DNA from: an uncultured Saprospiraceae bacterium
Lineage (GTDB): Bacteria > Bacteroidota > Bacteroidia > Chitinophagales > Saprospiraceae
NCBI GenBank assembly: GCA_938016265.1
Contig: CALLWB010000040.1
Span: forward strand, 9,839 to 73,838
Length of the DNA: 64,000 bases
Direction: 5' to 3'
The translations under genes were made by a program, and so were the position numbers. The notes under the pieces were generated by a model. It worked only from the letters and a program-made list of their open reading frames with translations. It was not told the origin of the DNA and did no database searches. This document shows positions 25,571 to 34,153 of the stretch, in pieces. Every line of letters begins with the position of its first letter. Position 1 is the stretch's first letter.

Positions 25571-27259
25571 ATGAATTATAAAATTATTTTATCCTTTTTA
25601 CTATTAATTAGTATTCAAAATTATACAGTATACGGACAAGCAACCTGCGATGTTGATGAAATAATAGTTACTAGATATGGTCCTGAATTCTTTTGTGATC
25701 CAGGGGAGATAACTCTTATTGGGAAGATCAAAATACCTTTATTCTCAACAATTTCCAACGTCCAATTCACATGGAGGAACATAAACAGCAATGTTGAAAT
25801 ACCACAAATAAATCCAATAACTGGGATTAACGGTTTTGTAGTCCAGGAGGCAGGCACTTATATTGTTAGGGTGGACTATGACATATTTGGCGGTATTTGT
25901 GAGTTTGAACAACAGGTAATCGTCGAATCAGGTGCTGCAAACAGCGCCAATACCTACAGCGTAGACGAACTAACACCTAACGCCCCCAAATCGCGCGCTG
26001 GTAATGGTTTGGTCACCACAAACGGAGGCAGCATAATCTACGTAGGAACAGATGGCCGCTTGAGAGTTGGATGGTTTAATGGCAGCTGGAACGTCAATGT
26101 AATTAATTATAGCTTCCCCAAAGTAATGCAAAATTCAGATATGATCTGGGAGGACAATCGATTGTTTTATGTTGGTGAAGATGGTGAATTTGATCAAATG
26201 TTTTGGGCAAACGGACAATGGAATCATCAAAATATGCCCGGTGTAAACGTAAAACCCAACACTGGTATAACTTATGGCAACAATCGATTATTCTATGTAG
26301 CTACAAACAACAAAATCTACAGCTATATCAAATCTTTTAGTGGTTGGAATGCTGCGGGGATCTTAAACGGATCTGCCCCTAAAGTGGCTAACAATTCTGA
26401 CTTAGCCTATGGCTATGGAGGGGTGTATTACGTTAGAAGAAATACCAATGTACTCAGTCGAATTTATCTTACCAACACCAATATCTGGATTTTTGTAGGT
26501 AATGTTAATTCCTCCTTACCAAAAGTAAAAGCTGCCAGTGAAATGGCATTTCACAACGGCCGACTATATTATTTTCATAAAAACACAAATCAAACAGTTG
26601 TTTATAATGCTTCAGGAGCTGGTGGATGGACATTTGGATACCTGCCAGGATATGGTAGAACAAAAGGCGCACCTTTAATCCGTTTTGATGACAAACTCTT
26701 TTATGCGAAAGCGGACAATCGAGTTGGCAGACAGATTTGGATCACGGGTAGCGGCTGGGACGATAGTTTTCTTCATTATTGCGAAGCGACCAACGTCCAA
26801 AACAATTCCACTATGGCAAGTTTTATAAGTGGTGCCGAAAAGAGATTATACTATATTGATAATGCAGGTACTTTGATGGTAGTAACTTGGAATATTGGTG
26901 GTAAAACGGCTACACCAATCGATGAATTGTCTGATGTCATTGATACAACACCAGATAAGTTTACAAGAATCAATCAACAAATCAAGAAGCCTACACCAGG
27001 ATTCAGCGATATCAAATCTTACCCAAATCCATTTTACAATTCTATATCAATTGAGTTCAATCTTAACGAACCTCAAAAGGTATCTCTTGCCATTTTTGAT
27101 ATCAGTGGTCGACTCGCCATAAATCTAATGGCAAACGAACATCACAATGCTGGATCACATAAGGAAGAATTTGACCTATCCAATCTAAATTCAGGTGTAT
27201 ATTTCTACAGACTGTTTACCGGCACCGATGCACACACTGGAAAAATCATAAAACAATAA
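25571..27259 (+). CDS. secreted beta-propeller (lectin-like) repeat protein with a T9SS type-A C-terminal sorting domain
   Basis: A signal peptide is followed by about 7 repeats of ~47 aa built around (R/K)L(F/Y)Y(V/F)xxDG...W. The tail is SYPNPFYNSISIEFNL...SGVYFYRLFTGTDAHTGKIIKQ. Confidence 0.75.
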   Translation: MNYKIILSFLLLISIQNYTVYGQATCDVDEIIVTRYGPEFFCDPGEITLIGKIKIPLFSTISNVQFTWRNINSNVEIPQINPITGINGFVVQEAGTYIVRVDYDIFGGICEFEQQVIVESGAANSANTYSVDELTPNAPKSRAGNGLVTTNGGSIIYVGTDGRLRVGWFNGSWNVNVINYSFPKVMQNSDMIWEDNRLFYVGEDGEFDQMFWANGQWNHQNMPGVNVKPNTGITYGNNRLFYVATNNKIYSYIKSFSGWNAAGILNGSAPKVANNSDLAYGYGGVYYVRRNTNVLSRIYLTNTNIWIFVGNVNSSLPKVKAASEMAFHNGRLYYFHKNTNQTVVYNASGAGGWTFGYLPGYGRTKGAPLIRFDDKLFYAKADNRVGRQIWITGSGWDDSFLHYCEATNVQNNSTMASFISGAEKRLYYIDNAGTLMVVTWNIGGKTATPIDELSDVIDTTPDKFTRINQQIKKPTPGFSDIKSYPNPFYNSISIEFNLNEPQKVSLAIFDISGRLAINLMANEHHNAGSHKEEFDLSNLNSGVYFYRLFTGTDAHTGKIIKQ

Positions 27260-27282
27260 ATAGCAATCAATCAGCAATATTT

Positions 27283-27316
27283 AAGGGAGGCTCGGTAGTT
27301 CGGGCCTTCTTTTTTG
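27283..27316 (+). terminator. rho-independent terminator candidate
   Basis: A stem pairs 27285-27294 with 27301-27310 (including G-U pairs) around the 6-nt loop GTAGTT. A T-run, TTTTTT, follows. It lies 24 nt after the stop codon. Confidence 0.6.
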
Positions 27317-27324
27317 ATATTAGA

Positions 27325-28530
27325 TCAACAAAACCCAAGCAAGTCAAAAGAATTCCCTAGCACAGGCAATGCATCCACCCCCAACCAGTTGGTCAGCAAA
27401 GTTGCATAGATCCGGCGGTAGTCGATGTCATAAATCAGATCACCGTTGTCCAGGTTTTTGAGATTTGGAGCATCATTGTAAATGCCTGTTTCTTTGAGGC
27501 CACCCCCCATCAAAAACAGATTATTAGCGGTACCATGATCAGTACCCCGACTTGCATTTTGCTTGACGCGACGACCAAATTCAGAAAAGGTCATGACCAG
27601 CACATCCTCCATTTTTTTATTGGCCTTCATGTCTTTCATAAATGCACCAACGCCATCGGCATATTGCTTAAGCATTCGGGTTTGCTGGTTTTTTTGATTA
27701 GCATGGGTATCGAAACCACCCAACGATACATAATAGATGCGCGTATTGCTACCAGAAATAATCAACTCTGCAGTTTGCTTCAGACTTCGGGCGAAAGCAT
27801 TCCCAGGATAAGTAACACTAGACTTATAAATCTGAGATTGATCATGCAGATAGTCCGCAGAATCAAAAGTGTCTGAAAGGGTACGATACAGATAAGCGGT
27901 ATTCCCTTCATGGCTATGGTCGTGGTGGGAAACAGCCTTTAGGAATTTGTTGTTGGTGGACCGTTTCAGTTGATCGAGGTTGCCGGCGGCATAGCCACTG
28001 TTGATTTTTCCTTTCAACGCCAGACTCATCGTATCATCCAATTCTAGCGCCTGATGCGGGGAAATGGTTTCGGTTTGTTGCTGATCCAGGTATCTTCCAA
28101 TCCAGCCTGTCGATAAAAAATCATCCGCCCCACTAGCAGATTGCCAGATGTCCATCGATCGAAAATGAGAGCGATCAGGATTAGGATACCCAACATTGTT
28201 AATCACCGTCATCAGTCCATCCTTGTACAAATTGTGAAGAGGAGACAATGCGGGATTCAGCCCCAAATTATTGTCCAATTTTAAAACCTCTGACTTGCTA
28301 ATACCAAGCGTTGGCCGATAATTATAATACAAATCATTCTCATAAGGAACCACCGTATTCAAACCATCATTCCCACCGCTCAGCTGCACGATAACAAGTA
28401 TTTTTCCATTTTGACTTGCTTTCAAGGCAGCAGGAGGAACACTGCATTTTAAAAATGCGGGTATCATTAAAGAGCTTGTCGCAAATACCGACTTTTTCAG
28501 AAAATCTCTTCTTGAATTATGCTTATTCAT
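27325..28530 (-). CDS. DUF1501 (sulfatase-like) protein with a twin-arginine signal
   Basis: The Tat signal is SRRDFLKKSVFATSSL. Other motifs are GGNDGLNTVVPY, GGFDTHANQ and SEFGRRVKQNASRGTDHG. Confidence 0.85.
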   Translation of the reverse strand: MNKHNSRRDFLKKSVFATSSLMIPAFLKCSVPPAALKASQNGKILVIVQLSGGNDGLNTVVPYENDLYYNYRPTLGISKSEVLKLDNNLGLNPALSPLHNLYKDGLMTVINNVGYPNPDRSHFRSMDIWQSASGADDFLSTGWIGRYLDQQQTETISPHQALELDDTMSLALKGKINSGYAAGNLDQLKRSTNNKFLKAVSHHDHSHEGNTAYLYRTLSDTFDSADYLHDQSQIYKSSVTYPGNAFARSLKQTAELIISGSNTRIYYVSLGGFDTHANQKNQQTRMLKQYADGVGAFMKDMKANKKMEDVLVMTFSEFGRRVKQNASRGTDHGTANNLFLMGGGLKETGIYNDAPNLKNLDNGDLIYDIDYRRIYATLLTNWLGVDALPVLGNSFDLLGFC

Positions 28531-28546
28531 CGCTTATTTTTTTTGA

Positions 28547-29932
28547 TTAACAAAGTTGATATTCGGGTAAACTGATTAGTCGGATAAATGCCATTTTGAA
28601 GTACCTGGCGCCTTCGATTCTGGGAATATTGTCCTGTACCAACGCCAGATTATGGGCTACTGGAGGTTGGATCAGGTATTCGGAGAAGGCTAGCAGTTGA
28701 GCGTCTGTTTGTAGCGGGCCGAATGTTTTTTCAAGACGGTCGAGTTGCACTTGGATTTTTACATTGCCCAACTTTTTGTTGCGATTTTGGGCTTCCAACT
28801 CTTCTTTTACGGTTATTCCTATTTCCTCGGCGTCTAAAAATGCATTTGGGATATTTAGGCGAAGCAGCAAGGTGGCATTGTCAATCCAGGCTCTGCCCCC
28901 TGGCCAGCCAGCGACGTTTGGTGGTTTGAAAAGTGTTTGCCCTAGTGCTTTTTGTACACCAATCAAGGGAAGATCGTCTTCAAATTTTGCCCCCATAACC
29001 CGGATCATTCCTGCTAGGAACTCCATGGGCGACTTGATTCTTGTGCCTATGTGTTTGGCGTTGTAAAACCAATCACTGGTAAAAATAGACTGCATCAACT
29101 GACCGATGTCATAATTGGTTTCGTAGAACTGATCGGCGAGTTTTTGGATGATTGTATCATCTGCCTGGTCGTTGACGAAGTAGGTGTATATTTTTCTGGT
29201 GATGAATCGTGCCGTTTCTTTTTTGGAAAGCAGTATATCGATGATCTCTTCCCCATCAAAGTTGCCAGTTTGCCCCATGAATGTCTTTTTGCCGTAGTCG
29301 TGCCATTGCTCTTTGAAGTGATACTGTCCTAGTTGTGTTGTCCAGCCGGTGAATGCTTTGGCGGCTGCTTTGACATCTAGTTCTGAGTAATTGCCTCTGC
29401 CGATGGTAAACAATTCCATTAATTCTCTGGCGAAATTTTCGTTGGGTTTTTGTTTTCTGTTTTGTTTGTTGTTGAGGTATAGAATCATTGCTGGTGACTT
29501 GGCGATTCCTAGCACAAGGTCTTTAAAATTGCCAAGGGCATTTTGTCTAAGTACGTTGAGGTATTGGGTGGCGATGTTGGGTTCTTTGATTTCGCAAGCG
29601 AAGTGATTGTGCCAGAATAAGGACATTTTTTCAAGGAGTGCTGGTACGTTAGGATCACTCATTCTTTGGAGCCATTGTAGGTTTATAGTTGCTACTGCTT
29701 TTCTGTCGTTTCGGCGTTTTTGTTTTTTTTGCTCCTTGGTTAAGCTGCGTATTTGGTCTATAGAATAGGGGGACTGATAGTTGAGGCGTTTTGCATTTTT
29801 GGCCGTCTGTATTAATTTGGTGGCGGTTTCTTTTATAGATTTCGACTTGTTTGCCTCCCATTCGTAGGGGTTTAAGCCGAAGCCTGCCCTCCAATATAAA
29901 TGTTGTATTTTTTTCTTGTTGTCTAAATTCAT
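28547..29932 (-). CDS. DUF1800-family protein
   Basis: Motifs are HLYWRAGFG and LFWHNHFA. The gene lies directly upstream of DUF1501, which is the usual pairing. The ORF extends to 30025, and the ATG at 29932 is preferred. Confidence 0.8.
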   Translation of the reverse strand: MNLDNKKKIQHLYWRAGFGLNPYEWEANKSKSIKETATKLIQTAKNAKRLNYQSPYSIDQIRSLTKEQKKQKRRNDRKAVATINLQWLQRMSDPNVPALLEKMSLFWHNHFACEIKEPNIATQYLNVLRQNALGNFKDLVLGIAKSPAMILYLNNKQNRKQKPNENFARELMELFTIGRGNYSELDVKAAAKAFTGWTTQLGQYHFKEQWHDYGKKTFMGQTGNFDGEEIIDILLSKKETARFITRKIYTYFVNDQADDTIIQKLADQFYETNYDIGQLMQSIFTSDWFYNAKHIGTRIKSPMEFLAGMIRVMGAKFEDDLPLIGVQKALGQTLFKPPNVAGWPGGRAWIDNATLLLRLNIPNAFLDAEEIGITVKEELEAQNRNKKLGNVKIQVQLDRLEKTFGPLQTDAQLLAFSEYLIQPPVAHNLALVQDNIPRIEGARYFKMAFIRLISLPEYQLC

Positions 29933-30331
29933 ATCGTTGAAATTTAAAAGGAAATGGGAGGAGATTGATTCTTTGACTTTAAATTTATAGAAAGGTTTAA
30001 TTCCTTCCATACACAACAAATTCACAATATAATTATATCTTCAAAAGCGCATCATTCTATAGAATTGACACCAAATCATAGAGTACAAGCGTTATCAAAA
30101 ATCAATATTCCAACCAAAAAAAGAATAATATCAAGACGTGAAATTCCAATTCAAATGCTCCTAAGAAACAATAAAATAGAAGCAAATCAACCCCTTACCT
30201 AAACTCAAACATCTAATTCAGAACATTTTTTAAATCAAACATTTAAGGAGATCTATTAAAACAACTCCACCTTGCTTGTTATATTTAAAGTTCAAGCCAT
30301 GAATATTTAGTTTTCCTGAAATCCAAATAGA

Positions 30332-31888
30332 ATGAAAGCTGCCAGTAATTTGTACGATTTAATCCACTCCTTGTCCAAGAGTGAAAAACGCTATTTCAAG
30401 TTGCTAAATTCAAAGTATGTAAGCAAAAATAAACCGAACTCCATCAAGTTGTTTGAGGCCTTGAATAGTATGAAAAAAAATGATGAAGATCATTTAAAAA
30501 GTATCATCTCCGATGAATCAATCATCAAAAATCTCGCCTTCGAAAAACACCGTCTACAACTCATCGTCAATCAATCGCTCCTCTTTTACGCGCTGCCAGC
30601 AAAAGGAATAAAAGATGACGCTCGTATTTTATTAAAAATTGCCGAAATACAACGAGACAAAGGACTTCCCAAGATTTGTTCGAAAACGCTGGACCGTGCT
30701 ATAAGCCTAGCCGAAAAATCAGAAAATTTCGGATGCATGCTTGACTTACTCGCCTTCAAAAAAGAATACATTATTAGTAGAAGGTACGATAGCAATACCT
30801 CGATTTACAAATTAATGGAGGAAGTAAAAGAAAGTTACAAACTCAATCTTTTAAAACTGAGTAACTATATAAAACTCGAAGAATTGGAGCTGGAAGTAAT
30901 GTCCATTTACTGGTCGAATGCATATGTTGATCATGACGCTAAAAGATCAAGCCTGACGGAACAACTCGAACCAAAACTATTTGAAGCTAAAAAGATTTGC
31001 GATTCCTTAAGATCTACATTTAACTATCATAAAATCTGCTTCTTCTTTTATATAATGGTGGGCAATAAAGAATCCGCCTATGAACATGTTCAAAAATTGC
31101 TGGAAACCTCCAATCAACTGCGTGAAATACAACCTTCCAATCAACACGCCATGGAAACTTCGGTCAATGTGCATTACAACCTATTGACCTCCCTTTCCTT
31201 GATGAAAAGATATGAAGAGCTGGACGAAAATCTGGAGAAATTCAAAAAATTTGAAAGCAAAATTGACTCCCCAAAATTCATGAGACTGTTTCAGCTTATG
31301 GTGATCACCATAAACGTTCACAAGCAATTTAATCTGAAACAATTCGACAAAACGCTGGTGTCTAATGAAAAGTTTCAAAAACTTGTCAAACCAAATCCCG
31401 GACAAATTTCCCCTCACCTCGAATTGGCCGTACTTCAAAAACTAACCTATACCCAATTTGCTTTTGGAAACTACGAGCAAGCCTATCAATATTGTCAATT
31501 TATGACAGACAATTATGATAAAAACATGTTGCAAAATCACCAAGCGACAATAAAAATAATGACCATTTTTCTGCATTTCGAAATGGGCAACCACCTCTTA
31601 CTGAAATCATTGAGCGAAGCGACCTATCGTTACCTCAAAACCAGACAGCAACTAAACAATTACGATATTCTCATTTTGAACCACGTCAAAACAAAGTTGT
31701 ACAAAATAAAAACAAAAAAAGACCTGGTGGTCTTCGCTAAAGATCTTCGAGCAAAGTTGTTAGAGTTAAATTTTGTAGCAGATAATTTTTACAATAAATT
31801 CTACCTATTTGACATCATGTCCTGGTTAATAAGCAAAATTGAAGACCGCCCGCTCCTTGAGATAATCAGCGAAAAAGTCAATCCTTAA
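30332..31888 (+). CDS. hypothetical all-alpha (TPR-like) cytoplasmic protein
   Basis: It is a 518-aa uninterrupted ORF with helical, K/L/E-rich sequence. The N-terminus is LYDLIHSLSKSEKRYFKL. I recognised no family. Confidence 0.6.
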   Translation: MKAASNLYDLIHSLSKSEKRYFKLLNSKYVSKNKPNSIKLFEALNSMKKNDEDHLKSIISDESIIKNLAFEKHRLQLIVNQSLLFYALPAKGIKDDARILLKIAEIQRDKGLPKICSKTLDRAISLAEKSENFGCMLDLLAFKKEYIISRRYDSNTSIYKLMEEVKESYKLNLLKLSNYIKLEELELEVMSIYWSNAYVDHDAKRSSLTEQLEPKLFEAKKICDSLRSTFNYHKICFFFYIMVGNKESAYEHVQKLLETSNQLREIQPSNQHAMETSVNVHYNLLTSLSLMKRYEELDENLEKFKKFESKIDSPKFMRLFQLMVITINVHKQFNLKQFDKTLVSNEKFQKLVKPNPGQISPHLELAVLQKLTYTQFAFGNYEQAYQYCQFMTDNYDKNMLQNHQATIKIMTIFLHFEMGNHLLLKSLSEATYRYLKTRQQLNNYDILILNHVKTKLYKIKTKKDLVVFAKDLRAKLLELNFVADNFYNKFYLFDIMSWLISKIEDRPLLEIISEKVNP

Positions 31889-31947
31889 GGGATAGCTTTA
31901 TTCTTATTGCTTCTTGATATTTCATTTGAATTGGCTTAATTTGACGG

Positions 31948-32409
31948 ATGGTAATAAAACGAGCCACCAAGGAGGATCACCTCCTTCTTACGGAGTTAAC
32001 GAAAGCCTCCAAAGCACATTGGGAATACGCTACCAACCAACTTCAAGCATGGGAGGAGGACCTCACAATTACAGAAGACCATATTCAAAGTCATACCACC
32101 TACAAAGCGGAAATCAACGGGCAATTGATCGCCTACTATTCCTACCTCCAACAAGAAGAAAAGACCATTTATCTGGAAAACATGTTTATCCACCCCAACT
32201 ATATTGGAAAAGGCTATGGTCTATTATTAATGAAGGATTTTCTAAGCAGAATTGCTCCAAATATCGAAAGAGTCACCCTCCACGCCGATCCAAATGCAGA
32301 AAAATTTTACACAAAATCTGGCTTTATCGTAATTGGTAAAAAAGAAAGCTCCATCCCGGGCCGCTTCTTACCCTATATGGAAAAGCGAGTTGGTGCTTCT
32401 AATAGATAG
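31948..32409 (+). CDS. GNAT-family N-acetyltransferase
   Basis: The acetyl-CoA binding motif is IHPNYIGKGYGLLLM, with FYTKSGF near the C-terminus. Confidence 0.85.
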   Translation: MVIKRATKEDHLLLTELTKASKAHWEYATNQLQAWEEDLTITEDHIQSHTTYKAEINGQLIAYYSYLQQEEKTIYLENMFIHPNYIGKGYGLLLMKDFLSRIAPNIERVTLHADPNAEKFYTKSGFIVIGKKESSIPGRFLPYMEKRVGASNR

Positions 32410-32715
32410 ACCTCAATCAATTTCAATGAGCTCTTCTTCTGTCCCAATCAGATTTATATTTTTCTAATTTAGTCAATTCCCTTCCGGTTGTCTGTAATGG
32501 AAGTTTCTCAAGAACAGCAACAACAAAATAGTTAACTATATAAGGTAGCGAAAGTCCCCGTTATTCAAAGTTAGAATAAAACACGCCAATACTTCCTAGC
32601 TTTATTTTCTGCTTTATACCTGCCATTTCTACCCTTTCCTTCCTCCTTTTTTATTCCAATACTTTCTACTTTCTACCAACTACCTACTACTTTTATTTAT
32701 CTTCGAGGCAAAAAA

Positions 32716-33342
32716 ATGGAGCAAATCATCAAAAGCTTTCCAAAACTTACCGAAAAACAAGTGCACCAATTCGAGCAACTTGGTCCGTTGTATGAAGAAT
32801 GGAATCAGATGATCAATGTTATTTCCCGAAAGGATATGGAGCATTTTTATACCCACCATGTGCTTCATTCATTGCTACTGACCAACTTTCTAAAATTTAA
32901 GCCAGAGACGACAGTTATTGACTTAGGAACAGGCGGCGGATTCCCTGGAATACCACTGGCAATAATGTTTCCCGAAACTAATTTCTGGTTGATCGACGGA
33001 CGCGGCAAAAAGCTAAAAGTGATCGAAGCCGTTGTCGAAGCACTAGAATTAAAAAATGTCAAATACCAGCACATCCGCGCAGAAGAATTCAAGCAAAAAG
33101 CAGACTTTGTAGTCACCCGCGCCGTCGCAAGTATGGAAAAACTGATCAATTGGGCGCAGCCCCTCCTTCGTGAGAAGCAGATAAATGCCCTGCCCAACGG
33201 GATGCTAGCCTACAAAGGCGGAGACCTGGAGGAAGAAATGGAGGCACTTCCTAAAGGAGAATACACCGAAATTTATCCCCTTTCTGAAGTAACCGACAAC
33301 CCGTATTTTGCAGAAAAAAGTATTGTATATTGGCAATGGTAA
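32716..33342 (+). CDS. rsmG: 16S rRNA (guanine527-N7)-methyltransferase
   Basis: The SAM motif is VIDLGTGGGFPGIPLAI. The size (208 aa) and the RGKKLKVI and VTRAVA segments are typical of RsmG/GidB. Confidence 0.9.
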   Translation: MEQIIKSFPKLTEKQVHQFEQLGPLYEEWNQMINVISRKDMEHFYTHHVLHSLLLTNFLKFKPETTVIDLGTGGGFPGIPLAIMFPETNFWLIDGRGKKLKVIEAVVEALELKNVKYQHIRAEEFKQKADFVVTRAVASMEKLINWAQPLLREKQINALPNGMLAYKGGDLEEEMEALPKGEYTEIYPLSEVTDNPYFAEKSIVYWQW

Positions 33343-33396
33343 TCGATTCAACTTTCAACTAAAAACAGGAGACTGTGGACATGAAAAATCTACCAA

Positions 33397-34128
33397 ATGG
33401 AATTAGTAACCCAATATAATGAGTTGGCCAAAGAACTAAATCTGCAATTGGAATATCGCGAGCAGAAAACAATGGGCATATTGATTGGCACTGTACCGAT
33501 GCTTTATGGCCAACTGGGTGGCAGAAATCTAGAAATAAGAAGCAAAATCATTAGCTCAAAAAGTACGGATCCAATAGTAGAGAACATTATTAAAATCGGC
33601 TGCCACTTACCAAAAGACACCAATCTGATCATCTACAGACAAGGCTTGGGGGACGAACTAAAAGCCATGCTGGGCATGCAAGATCTGCAGTTTGAAGACA
33701 AAGGATTTGACGACAACTTCGTTATCAAGTCAAACCGGGCAAAATTCGCGCGTCAAGTGCTTAGTCCACAGCTAAGAAACCTCTTCGTTAGGGATATGGG
33801 GCTTCTGACTAGCTTCAAAATTGGACCGTCTTTCTGGGAGCTCCAACTACCAGAAAATCCATTCAAAAACAGAAATAAAGAGGTACCATCTGATATTCTG
33901 GACTTCCCTCAGGAGAAAGAAACCGATAAGGCCAAAAAGAATAAATCTATTCGCACCAACACTCCAACTAAAAACTATATAGAAAGCATTTTTCCCCACA
34001 ACCTAGAGAATGAAATGCACCGCAGCTGGATCCATAGAGTCCTAAAAACCAACCAGATGCTCGCCAATCAAATCGAAAAAGCCGGCAAAGAGCTAGGTTT
34101 AGAGTTTTCACAAGAAGAAGCATCCTAG
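33397..34128 (+). CDS. hypothetical protein
   Basis: It is a 243-aa ORF whose codon usage resembles its neighbours. I recognised no motif. Confidence 0.5.
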   Translation: MELVTQYNELAKELNLQLEYREQKTMGILIGTVPMLYGQLGGRNLEIRSKIISSKSTDPIVENIIKIGCHLPKDTNLIIYRQGLGDELKAMLGMQDLQFEDKGFDDNFVIKSNRAKFARQVLSPQLRNLFVRDMGLLTSFKIGPSFWELQLPENPFKNRNKEVPSDILDFPQEKETDKAKKNKSIRTNTPTKNYIESIFPHNLENEMHRSWIHRVLKTNQMLANQIEKAGKELGLEFSQEEAS

Positions 34129-34153
34129 ACACAAGAAATTCCTCCTAAAACAC

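Noticed and set aside
31914-32339. A 141-aa ORF overlapping the GNAT gene in another frame
   Set aside because: The frame at 31948..32409 carries the acetyl-CoA binding motif. The alternative frame has no motif and a biased composition.
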